Below are positions 28,493 to 36,074 of a stretch of DNA of 64,000 bases, piece by piece. Positions within the stretch are counted from its first letter, which is position 1. Each line of letters opens with the position of its first letter. The stretch comes from an uncultured Chloroflexia bacterium (GTDB taxonomy: Bacteria > Chloroflexota > Limnocylindria > Limnocylindrales > CSP1-4): positions 24-64,023 of the forward strand of contig CAVQRP010000022.1 of NCBI GenBank assembly GCA_963715295.1, in the 5' to 3' direction. The position numbers and the translations under genes were made by a program. A model generated the notes under the pieces. The model had not been told where the DNA came from. It did no database searches and was given only the letters and a program-made list of their open reading frames with translations.

Positions 28493-29296
28493 CTACGCCG
28501 GAGCCGGCAGGTCGCGTCGGGGGAAGCGATACCAGGCCAGGCCGACGAACAGGATCGCGAAGACCACCATCACGACGATGTCACCGGGCGCCACGCCCCT
28601 GTCGAGGACATCCTGGGCCTTGAGCAGGTTGAACATGGAGTAGTCCTGGAGCCAGCCGGCGTCGGGCCAGATGGAGCCGATAGCGAAGGCGAGGTAGTTG
28701 AGCAGGACGAACACGGCTGGGATCCCGATGGCCGGACCCACCCGATCCGATTCGACCGACGCGGCGAACGCCAGCGCCATGATGGCAACGAACAGCAGAA
28801 CGTCAGCGACCCAGAGCTGCACGATGTTGGCGACTGTGATCTCCCCGCCGAACCCCACCACCACGATGCTGAGGCTGGTGATGATGACCAGCACCGCCGC
28901 CAGCAGCATGATGAACAGGACACCGGCCACGAACAGGGTGGCGAACAGGCCGTGGCGCGAGACGGGACGCGACAGCGTCACCTCCAGCGTGCCCTTGTCG
29001 CGCTCCCCGGCGATCGCCAGCGCCGGGAAGGCGATCGCCATGATCCCCATCAGCAGCAGCGTGAAGGGGTGGGCGAAGCCCATCGCCACCATGCCCGTGA
29101 GCGAGAAGAGGTCGCCGCCACCGAAGTTGGAGAACTGCGCCAGCAACGGGACGGTCTCGACGAAACTGCCGAGGTCCTTGCCAAAGGTGGCGTACATCAG
29201 CGGCATGACGATGCCCATCAGCGCCAGCCCCATGGCGATGACGACCACCCGCACGGCGTTGGCCGTGACGGTGTGCCGAAGCAGGGCCGCGTTCAC
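28493..29296 (-). CDS. ABC-2 type transporter permease
   Basis: Intact 267-aa polytopic ORF that overlaps the ATPase stop by 4 nt. Confidence 0.85.
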   Translation of the reverse strand: MNAALLRHTVTANAVRVVVIAMGLALMGIVMPLMYATFGKDLGSFVETVPLLAQFSNFGGGDLFSLTGMVAMGFAHPFTLLLMGIMAIAFPALAIAGERDKGTLEVTLSRPVSRHGLFATLFVAGVLFIMLLAAVLVIITSLSIVVVGFGGEITVANIVQLWVADVLLFVAIMALAFAASVESDRVGPAIGIPAVFVLLNYLAFAIGSIWPDAGWLQDYSMFNLLKAQDVLDRGVAPGDIVVMVVFAILFVGLAWYRFPRRDLPAPA

Positions 29297-30240
29297 GCCA
29301 CGCGCTCAGCTGAGTCGGTCGCGTCGTCGACCGTCGCGTAGTACTCCATGAACGCCTCTTCGAGGCGCGCCGGTTCGATGAGCAGGTCGCCGATGGCCGC
29401 GCCATCGAGGGCCGCCAGGAACGGCTCCGGGCTCCCTTCCAGCTGACAGCTGAGCATGTCATCGCGGATGTGGACGTCACTGACGCCCGCTACAGCCTCC
29501 AGCTGCGGCGGAGCACCCGAGAACCGCAGCTCGACGCGACGACGGCGCCGGCCCAGGAGCTCGGCGATGTCGGTCACAGCCACCAGCTCCCCCCGGCGCA
29601 CGATGGCGACACGATCGCAGACTCGCTCGACCTCGCTGAGGATGTGCGACGAGAAGAAGATGGTGCGGCCGGCACGCTGGCGATCCTCCAGGATCTCGTA
29701 GAAGGAGCGCTGCATGAGCGGGTCCAGTCCCTCCGTGGGTTCGTCGAGGATGGCCAGCTCGGGGTCGCTCTGGAAGGCCTGGACGATGCCGATCTTCTGG
29801 CGCATGCCGCGCGAGTAGTCGCGGATCTGACGGCCCAGGTCGCGCTGGCTCAGCTCCATGCGCTCGATGAGCTCCTCCCGCAGCGGCGAGGGCCGTCCGT
29901 CGAGGGACGCCAGGTAGTGCAGCTCCTCGGTGCCGGTCATGTTGTCGTAGAACGCGATGCCCCCGGGCAGATAGCCGGTCCGTCGCCTGATCGCCTCGCT
30001 GTCCCGCGCGATATCCAGGCCCAGCACCGTGGCCCCGCCCGCGGTCGCGTGCAGATACCCCAGCAGCAGCCGGATGGCCGTGGACTTGCCCGCGCCGTTG
30101 GGACCCAGGAACCCGAAGATCTCGCCCTCGCGCACCTCGATCGAAAGGTCGATCAGGGCGGGCACTGCTGTGCCGCGGCGGAACGGTCGGCCGTGGCCAC
30201 CGTAGACCTTCGTCAGAGCGTGGGTGAGGATCGCAGCCAT
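29293..30240 (-). CDS. ABC transporter ATP-binding protein (ABC-2 type)
   Basis: From the ATG at 30240 in ORF 29293..30864. Walker A GPNGAGKST, signature YSRGMRQKI, Walker B LAILDEPTEGLD. Confidence 0.9.
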   Translation of the reverse strand: MAAILTHALTKVYGGHGRPFRRGTAVPALIDLSIEVREGEIFGFLGPNGAGKSTAIRLLLGYLHATAGGATVLGLDIARDSEAIRRRTGYLPGGIAFYDNMTGTEELHYLASLDGRPSPLREELIERMELSQRDLGRQIRDYSRGMRQKIGIVQAFQSDPELAILDEPTEGLDPLMQRSFYEILEDRQRAGRTIFFSSHILSEVERVCDRVAIVRRGELVAVTDIAELLGRRRRRVELRFSGAPPQLEAVAGVSDVHIRDDMLSCQLEGSPEPFLAALDGAAIGDLLIEPARLEEAFMEYYATVDDATDSAERVA

Positions 30241-30962
30241 CAGGCTCGTCCGGCGGCGCCTCCCGAGGCACCGGAGGCGCGTCGGCCTGCCAGATGCCAT
30301 CCCAGCGGCAGCGCACCGGCGGCGACCAGCAGCTTCAGCACATCGCCGGGCACGAATGGGTACAGGCCGAAGGGCAGGACGTCGAGGACACTCCGCTCCA
30401 GCGCCACCGCCAGCCAGGCCAGGCCGACAGCGTAGATGACGAGCGTGCCCAGCAGCATCGCTCCCAGCGAGCCCCTGAGGCGCCGGTCCCAGCCGCGCTG
30501 TGCCAAGCGGCCCACGAGCGCCGAGGCAGCCAGGAAGCCGAGGAGGTAGCCGCCGGTCGAACCCAGCACCACTCGGCCGGACTCGACCCCGACGAACATC
30601 TCCATGCCCGACCGCTCGAAGGCGAACACGGGCAACCCGACGGCCCCGATGAGGAGGTAGATGGCGGTCGCGCTCACGCCGCGTCTTGCCCCCAACGCAG
30701 CACTGGTGAAGAGCACGCCGAACGTCTGCATGGTGATGGGCACATACGGGTTCTCGGGCACGTAGAGGCGGCCGAGGCTCACCGCCGGCAGGTCCACGGC
30801 GATGCGCGCACCGATGATCAGGAGGATCACTCCGCCGGCGATGAGGGCGAGGTCGCGCACCCACGCGGGCGCCCGCCGGGCGAGGCTCGCGGGGATGAGG
30901 TAGTCACCAAGAGTGAGGCCGCGTCGCCCAACGAGGGTCGCGGCATGTTCAGCGGTGGTCAT
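30240..30962 (-). CDS. bioY: biotin transporter BioY family protein
   Basis: From the ATG at 30962 in ORF 30240..31079. VPITMQTFGVLFTSAALGARRG, GAVGLPVFA, GSTGGYLLGF and PFVPGDVLKLL follow the BioY pattern. Its stop overlaps the ABC ATPase start (TGATG). Confidence 0.85.
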   Translation of the reverse strand: MTTAEHAATLVGRRGLTLGDYLIPASLARRAPAWVRDLALIAGGVILLIIGARIAVDLPAVSLGRLYVPENPYVPITMQTFGVLFTSAALGARRGVSATAIYLLIGAVGLPVFAFERSGMEMFVGVESGRVVLGSTGGYLLGFLAASALVGRLAQRGWDRRLRGSLGAMLLGTLVIYAVGLAWLAVALERSVLDVLPFGLYPFVPGDVLKLLVAAGALPLGWHLAGRRASGASGGAAGRA

Positions 30963-31026
30963 CGGGCGGATGGTAGCAGCCCGGACGCCCATCCCATCTG
31001 GCCGGACCGCCGTAGACTCCCTGCTC

Positions 31027-31767
31027 ATGAGACGACATTGGCGCCTGTTCCTCGGTATCGCCGCGGCGGTACTGCTCATCCTGGCCGCGGGCGGCTACCT
31101 GTGGCTCAACAACCTCGTCGATCCCATGCCGGAGGCTGAGGCCGCCATGGTCACCTCGCCGACGGTCACGGTGGCGACCGAGCCATGGCTGACGTTCACC
31201 CCGGCAGATCCAGCATCGACAGGCTTCATCTTCTATCCCGGTGGCCGGGTACCCGCGGAGGCCTACGCTCCCGCCATGCTTGCCATCGCGGAGGCCGGCT
31301 ATCTGAGCGTCATCACACCCATGCCCTTCGGACTCGCCGTACTCGATGCCAACGCAGCCGACGCGGTCATCGAGGCCTACCCGGACATCGAGCGCTGGGT
31401 CATCGGTGGCCATTCGCTGGGCGGCGCGATGGCAGCCCAGTATGCTGACGGCCACGACGATATCGATGGCCTGGCCCTGTGGGCAGCCTATCCAGCGGGC
31501 GGTACGGACCTGAGCACGAGCGAGCTGCTGGTCACCTCCGTCTACGCCACCGAGGACGGGCTCGCCACGATCGACGAGATCGAGGCCTCGGCCTCGCAGC
31601 TGCCGCCCGACACCACCTTCGTCCGCATCGAAGGTGGCAACCATGCGCAGTTCGGCTGGTACGGCGAGCAGGACGGCGACGGTGAGGCGTCCATCCCACG
31701 CGCAGAGCAGCAGGAACAGGTGGTCGCGGCCACGCTCGACCTCATCGAGGCCGTGGCAGCACGCTAG
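31027..31767 (+). CDS. alpha/beta hydrolase, membrane-anchored or secreted
   Basis: From the ATG at 31027: N-terminal TM segment MRRHWRLFLGIAAAVLLILAAGGYLW and nucleophile elbow GGHSLGG. Confidence 0.8.
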   Translation: MRRHWRLFLGIAAAVLLILAAGGYLWLNNLVDPMPEAEAAMVTSPTVTVATEPWLTFTPADPASTGFIFYPGGRVPAEAYAPAMLAIAEAGYLSVITPMPFGLAVLDANAADAVIEAYPDIERWVIGGHSLGGAMAAQYADGHDDIDGLALWAAYPAGGTDLSTSELLVTSVYATEDGLATIDEIEASASQLPPDTTFVRIEGGNHAQFGWYGEQDGDGEASIPRAEQQEQVVAATLDLIEAVAAR

Positions 31768-32141
31768 CCAGCTGGCCGGATGCTGTCCTTCAGGGCAAGC
31801 GTGACCACGCCCACGTTGAGCTCGAAGATCTCGACCTCGAACCGATGCTCGCCAGGTGCCAGTGCGTGGCCCGCGATGTGGAACGTGACCACGTCGCCGC
31901 GGCTGAACGAGACCGGTGCGCTGCGGGAGATCTCGGCTGCGCGATAGACCCTGTCCTCGCCGCTGCGCGTGGCGCTGATGGCAGACGGGTCGATGGCAGT
32001 GCCGTCGACGACGATCGACCCGATACCCACGAGCGTGCCGTCGCCCATGCCGTTGCGGGCCTGGAGGCGGAAGCCATCGCCCTCAGGCTGCAGGCTGCCG
32101 GCGAGGTAGAACTGTCGGACCAGGAAATCGGGGACACGCAT
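31764..32141 (-). CDS. hypothetical protein (125 aa)
   Basis: Intact ORF with balanced composition (MRVPDFLVRQFYLAGSLQPEGDGFRLQARNGMGDGTLVGIGSIVVDG...). Confidence 0.55.
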   Translation of the reverse strand: MRVPDFLVRQFYLAGSLQPEGDGFRLQARNGMGDGTLVGIGSIVVDGTAIDPSAISATRSGEDRVYRAAEISRSAPVSFSRGDVVTFHIAGHALAPGEHRFEVEIFELNVGVVTLALKDSIRPAG

Positions 32142-32180
32142 CGCACGAAGCCTAGCGGGTCGGGCCGGTCCGAGTGTGGA

Positions 32181-32669
32181 TCAGGCGGCCCAGGGCGGTG
32201 TTTCGTCGAAGCGGAGGTGGAAGCAGAGCGTGTCTGCGACGACCCTGCCCACCTGGGCGTCACTGGCCCGGCGAGGATCCCAGCCGTAGAAGAAGCCGGC
32301 CGCGCCGGCATGACGCAGCACGGCCCGAGTGGCGCGTAGTGCCTGCGCAGGGTCACGAACCTCGAGCGCGGTCGTGCGGAAGTAGCGCTCACCGATCAGG
32401 ATCTCCGCGCGCGGCTGGGCTCGCAGGTTGTACACCCAGCCGGCACCGCGACCGAACCCAGCCAGGACCACGACACCGGCGCTCGTGGGCGCATAGTTGA
32501 GGGGTATCTCCCGGGGTTGCCTGCTCCTGCGCCCGACCGTGCGCAGCACGCACAGGCGACCACCCAGCACAGAGTCACGTGTCCCGCCGAGGAGATCGAA
32601 CAAGGGCAGCATGAGATAGTCACTGAACAGGCGCAACAGCCGGTGAAGGAGCTTCATCTGGATACTCAT
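32181..32669 (-). CDS. nitroreductase-family deazaflavin-dependent oxidoreductase-like protein (DDN/DUF385-like)
   Basis: From the ATG at 32669 in ORF 32181..32834. CVLRTVGRRSRQPREIPLNYAPTSAGVVVLAGFGRGAGWVYNLRAQPRAEILIG matches the family core pattern as I recall it. Confidence 0.65.
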   Translation of the reverse strand: MSIQMKLLHRLLRLFSDYLMLPLFDLLGGTRDSVLGGRLCVLRTVGRRSRQPREIPLNYAPTSAGVVVLAGFGRGAGWVYNLRAQPRAEILIGERYFRTTALEVRDPAQALRATRAVLRHAGAAGFFYGWDPRRASDAQVGRVVADTLCFHLRFDETPPWAA

Positions 32670-32746
32670 GACCCCAAGGCTGCGGCCTTCGGTCGGCCGG
32701 CTCCAGAGCCGAACGGCATCCGTGCTCCAGCCGAGGGCCACGGCTG

Positions 32747-33145
32747 ATGCTGGATCTGTTCCGCATCCTGCTGGCCGCGCTGCTGGCCATGCACGGCCTG
32801 CTCCATCTGATCTGGTTCCTGGCAGCCTGGACATCTGTCCGCACCGGTGTGCGCGACGGGACCTGGATCCTGCCCGGCAGTGTCACCATCCGCAGCCATG
32901 TCGGCAAGGTCACCGGTGCACTGGCGCTGCTGGCGGTCGGTGTCTTCTGCTTCGCCGCCCTCGGGCTCGCGGCAAAGCAGCCGTGGTGGGCCGGCTGGGC
33001 CGAGGTCGGCGTCTTCGTGTCCTTCGGCGCCGTCGTGCCATGGCTGCGCCAGTCGCCGCGATCGACGGCCTCGACAGCCTTCGTCACCGACATCGTGCTC
33101 ATGTTCGTGCTGGCGTTGGATCTGAGCGTTGACGTCACGGCGTAG
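32747..33145 (+). CDS. membrane protein (132 aa, 4 TM segments)
   Basis: Intact, strongly hydrophobic ORF. Confidence 0.6.
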   Translation: MLDLFRILLAALLAMHGLLHLIWFLAAWTSVRTGVRDGTWILPGSVTIRSHVGKVTGALALLAVGVFCFAALGLAAKQPWWAGWAEVGVFVSFGAVVPWLRQSPRSTASTAFVTDIVLMFVLALDLSVDVTA

Positions 33146-33248
33146 CCAGGCGTCCGCGCGCGCCGGCGCCGGCATGTCGCCAAGCGCGATGAACGGGTAC
33201 ACTCGCCTTCGCTGACGGTGTCCGCGCGCGGCGCGCGACACGCGGCAT

Positions 33249-33325
33249 GGTGGCTATAGCTCAATCGGCAGAGCATCGGATTGTGGCTCCGAAGGTTACG
33301 GGTTCAAGCCCCGTTAGCCACCCCA
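33249..33325 (+). tRNA. tRNA-His (anticodon GUG) with G-1 and encoded CCA
   Basis: Manual cloverleaf: G-1; acceptor GTGGCTA/TAGCCAC; D-arm GCTC-AATCGGCA-GAGC; anticodon arm TCGGA-TTGTGGC-TCCGA; variable loop AGGTT; T-arm ACGGG-TTCAAGC-CCCGT; discriminator C; CCA. Confidence 0.95.
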
Positions 33326-33329
33326 CCTC
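33315..33329 (+). repeat. 15-bp direct repeat, left copy (tRNA-His 3' end, TAGCCACCCCACCTC)
   Basis: Exact match to 37400-37414. Confidence 0.85.
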
Positions 33330-33340
33330 CCCTCGTGGAT

Positions 33341-33369
33341 GTGGCCCTCCGTTCTATTCTGAGGGCCAC
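33341..33369 (+). terminator. hairpin immediately after tRNA-His
   Basis: GTGGCCCTC-cgttctattct-GAGGGCCAC forms a 9-bp stem. Confidence 0.5.
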
Positions 33370-33481
33370 TTTCTGGTCGGCCAGGTCGCCCTACTGTCGA
33401 CATCGAGCAACGGGCGCCGGCTCGCGGACCCGACTAGACCGGGACGATTACTGGCGCCTGTCCGGAGCCGCTCCACGACAC

Positions 33482-33510
33482 GAGGCCCGCCCCTCGCGGG
33501 ACGGGCCTCG
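33482..33510. repeat. GC hairpin repeat copy (distant member of the 321-5470 family)
   Basis: GAGGCCCGCCCCTCGCGGGACGGGCCTCG is identical in its core to the 2886-2920 copy. Confidence 0.8.
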
Positions 33511-33908
33511 AACACCAAGCGCACCATGCTTGTGCTCTACAACTGATGGGCGCTCTCATCTGCCAAGAGTTCCCCGCCCCGGATGCGGGCGCCCGACCGG
33601 AGCTGCTCGCTGCGCGGCTACGATGCCGCCGAGGCTGACGCTGGAGCGGCCAGCTGCTCCACGTAGGTGGAGGCGTCGAGGTCGCTGTAGGCGATGACGA
33701 GGCTCGAAGGCTCTGGCGGCGGTTGGACCACCGGGCGCTCAAAGCCGAGAGCGATCGAGGAGCTCGGTTGTCCCTGCCGCCCACCAGTCGACGGCAGGCA
33801 TCGAAGACAAGCCCTGCTCACACTCACCGCAACGAAGATCGAAGAGACCAGGCCCTTCCCCGGCTCAATAGAGTAGATGCCACGCACAGGCATCGAGGGG
33901 GAGCCCTG

Positions 33909-34466
33909 ATGCAGATGGAGATGCGCGATCTGGTCGATGCGGCCAGGCACGGCGACCGGGAGGCCTTCGAGGCTCTGGTCCGTGCCGGCTCGGGGCGTCT
34001 CTACGCCATCGCCTACCGCGTCCTTCGCGACGTGGACCTCGCGAATGACGCCCTCCAGGAGGCGCTCGTGAGGATCTGGGACGACCTGCCCGCGCTGCGC
34101 GACCCCGACCGCTACGACCCCTGGACCTACCGCATCACCTGCCGGGCCTGCTATCGCGTCGCCAGGCGCGAGCGGCGCGCGCCCGTGGCGGCGCTCGTCG
34201 AGCCGCTGCCCCCGGAGTGGTCGGCGTTCGAATCCGAGATCGCCGATCACGATGAGATGGAGCGCGGCTTCCGACGTCTGTCACCAGAGCACCGAGCCGT
34301 GCTCGTCCTCCACTACTACCTGGGGCTGACGATCGGCGAGGTCGCCGAGGCGCTCCGGATCGCGCCGGGGACCGTGGGCTCCCGCCTGCACTACGCCATG
34401 CGCAGTCTGCGGGCGTCGCTGGAGTCGGAAGCACGAAGCACCGAAGCGATGGAGCGATCGCGATGA
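33909..34466 (+). CDS. ECF (sigma-70 family) RNA polymerase sigma factor
   Basis: From the ATG at 33909 in ORF 33723..34466. Region 2: LYAIAYRVLRDVDLANDALQEALVRIW. Region 4: LSPEHRAVLVLHYYLGLTIGEVAEALRIAPGTVGSRLHYAMRSL. Confidence 0.9.
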   Translation: MQMEMRDLVDAARHGDREAFEALVRAGSGRLYAIAYRVLRDVDLANDALQEALVRIWDDLPALRDPDRYDPWTYRITCRACYRVARRERRAPVAALVEPLPPEWSAFESEIADHDEMERGFRRLSPEHRAVLVLHYYLGLTIGEVAEALRIAPGTVGSRLHYAMRSLRASLESEARSTEAMERSR

Positions 34467-35146
34467 CGCGTGAACAGGACCTCCAGCGCCGCCTGGTCGA
34501 CTGGCTGAACGATGGGCCGGTCGCCTCGCCGACCGAGGTCGTCGACGAAGCCATCGAGCGAACAGTGGGACGACGGCAGCATCACCCGCTCTGGGCCTGG
34601 CTGCTCAAGCCACTGGACCGGGTACGTGCCGGCGACGAGACGCGAGTCGTGGTGCTGGTTCTGGCGCTCACGATGCTGGCGGCCCTGGCCATCGGCGTGC
34701 CGCTGGCGGGCGGGACGCGACCGGCGCCCGAGATGGATCCCTCCAGCGTCCTGACGGTCACCGGGGCTACCGAGGTCATCAGCGAGTCGGAGCTCGACGG
34801 TGTCTTCGAGCGGCTCGAGCGTGTCGACGTATCCGATCCCCGGGTGCGTGGCGAGGCACGACAGGTCATGCACGTCGACGCGGCGCCCGGCGCCGGGCTG
34901 CAACGCTCCACCGGAGTGATGCGCCTGGAGAACGAATGGGGCACCTGGGAAGGCACCATCCACGGTGTTCGCTACCCCGACGGTTCGGAGCTCGAATACG
35001 GCTGGCTGAAAGGCCACGAGACCTACGAGGGCTTCAGCTACTTCCATTCCACACTAGGCCATCCCGCTGAAACGGGACGGACGGTCGAGGGGACCATCTG
35101 GCCAGGTGAGCCGCCCCCGGCGCCCGACCCGTCGTTGCTGCCTTGA
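34463..35146 (+). CDS. anti-sigma-like single-pass membrane protein with extracytoplasmic DPR/ENxWGxW/YEG/WPG domain
   Basis: Intact 227-aa ORF with a 4-nt ATGA overlap with the sigma gene. It has a cytoplasmic N-terminus, TM segment VVVLVLALTMLAALAIGVPLAG, and a C-domain homologous to 35216..35806. There is no HxxxCxxC zinc motif. Confidence 0.7.
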   Translation: MTREQDLQRRLVDWLNDGPVASPTEVVDEAIERTVGRRQHHPLWAWLLKPLDRVRAGDETRVVVLVLALTMLAALAIGVPLAGGTRPAPEMDPSSVLTVTGATEVISESELDGVFERLERVDVSDPRVRGEARQVMHVDAAPGAGLQRSTGVMRLENEWGTWEGTIHGVRYPDGSELEYGWLKGHETYEGFSYFHSTLGHPAETGRTVEGTIWPGEPPPAPDPSLLP

Positions 35147-35185
35147 TCCGCACGGGCCCGCGGACACGGCAGGACTACCGAGCCG

Positions 35186-35213
35186 CACGGCGGCGCACGT
35201 CGATGCCGCCGTG
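35186..35213 (+). terminator. 9-bp-stem hairpin between the anti-sigma-like gene and its secreted paralog
   Basis: CACGGCGGC-gcacgtcgat-GCCGCCGTG ends 2-17 nt before the candidate starts of the next gene. It may act as an attenuator or terminator. Confidence 0.4.
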
Positions 35214-35215
35214 AT

Positions 35216-35806
35216 ATGAGGAGCAATGAGATGCGATCAACACGAGCGTCCTTCGGGATCATCCTGACCTTGTTCCTGCTGGCCCTGCCCATCGGTGCGA
35301 CGGGCCAGTCATCCGCTGAGGAGCCAGTGGACGACAGCGAGGCTACCGGGCCCGTGTACGTGACATGGTCCGGTGACTTCGCAGGGTTCCTCGACGTGCC
35401 CGGGGAGCCACAGCAGTTCCCATGGGGCAGCCGGGCGTACCATGGAAACCGCGCCACCCAGACCTCCGAGGATCCGCGCATCAGCGGCGACTTCACCGTC
35501 GTGTACCTTGGTGACGGCCCATGGCCGGCCCAGGCCGGTGAGTCCAGTCGCTTCACATCACTGGTGCGCATCGAGAACGACGACGGCGCCTGGCAGGGAC
35601 CGCTCACTGACGTGTTCCTCCCAGACCAAGTGTGGATCCAGTATGGCTGGCTGACCGGCGAGGGCGCGTACGAGGGCCTGAGCTTCTTCACGAGCTTCCG
35701 CGGCCACACCGATGCCGCGCACCACAACGGCGAGGGCGTGATCTGGCCGGGCGGTCCACCGCCCGAGCCGGACGTGGCACTGCTGGAAGCCGCACTGGAC
35801 CGCTGA
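35216..35806 (+). CDS. secreted protein, paralog of the anti-sigma sensor domain (probable start ATG 35231)
   Basis: AGGAG RBS precedes the ATG at 35231, with signal peptide MRSTRASFGIILTLFLLALPIGATG. SEDPRISGDF...VRIENDDGAWQGPL...YGWLTGEGAYEGLSFF...GEGVIWPGGPPPEPD aligns with the 34463..35146 C-domain. Confidence 0.75.
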   Translation: MRSNEMRSTRASFGIILTLFLLALPIGATGQSSAEEPVDDSEATGPVYVTWSGDFAGFLDVPGEPQQFPWGSRAYHGNRATQTSEDPRISGDFTVVYLGDGPWPAQAGESSRFTSLVRIENDDGAWQGPLTDVFLPDQVWIQYGWLTGEGAYEGLSFFTSFRGHTDAAHHNGEGVIWPGGPPPEPDVALLEAALDR

Positions 35807-36074
35807 CCCTGCCGCCACCGGCGGTCACGAGGTCCATATGGAGCGGGCAACATGGCAACAGAGGCGCCGCGCTGCCCGCTCCTGAGCAGCCCCACCGACG
35901 AGTTCGAGCCCCCGTGGCCCCCACACCATCACCGGATGCTGACGGGGTGACGATGGACTCTTGCACACCGCGCGATCCGACAGGCACGCTGCACGGGAGC
36001 CGAGCGATGACGTTCGGCTCGTCGACGACGGCTGTGGTCGACCGTGTGGGGCGACTGGCACGGAGGAGTAGGCG

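Noticed and set aside
33618-33893. 91-aa minus-strand ORF (MPVRGIYSIEPGKGLV...YVEQLAAPASASAAS*) divergent from the ECF sigma gene
   Set aside because: There is no RBS, no recognisable domain and only mediocre composition. It could be real, but I cannot support it.
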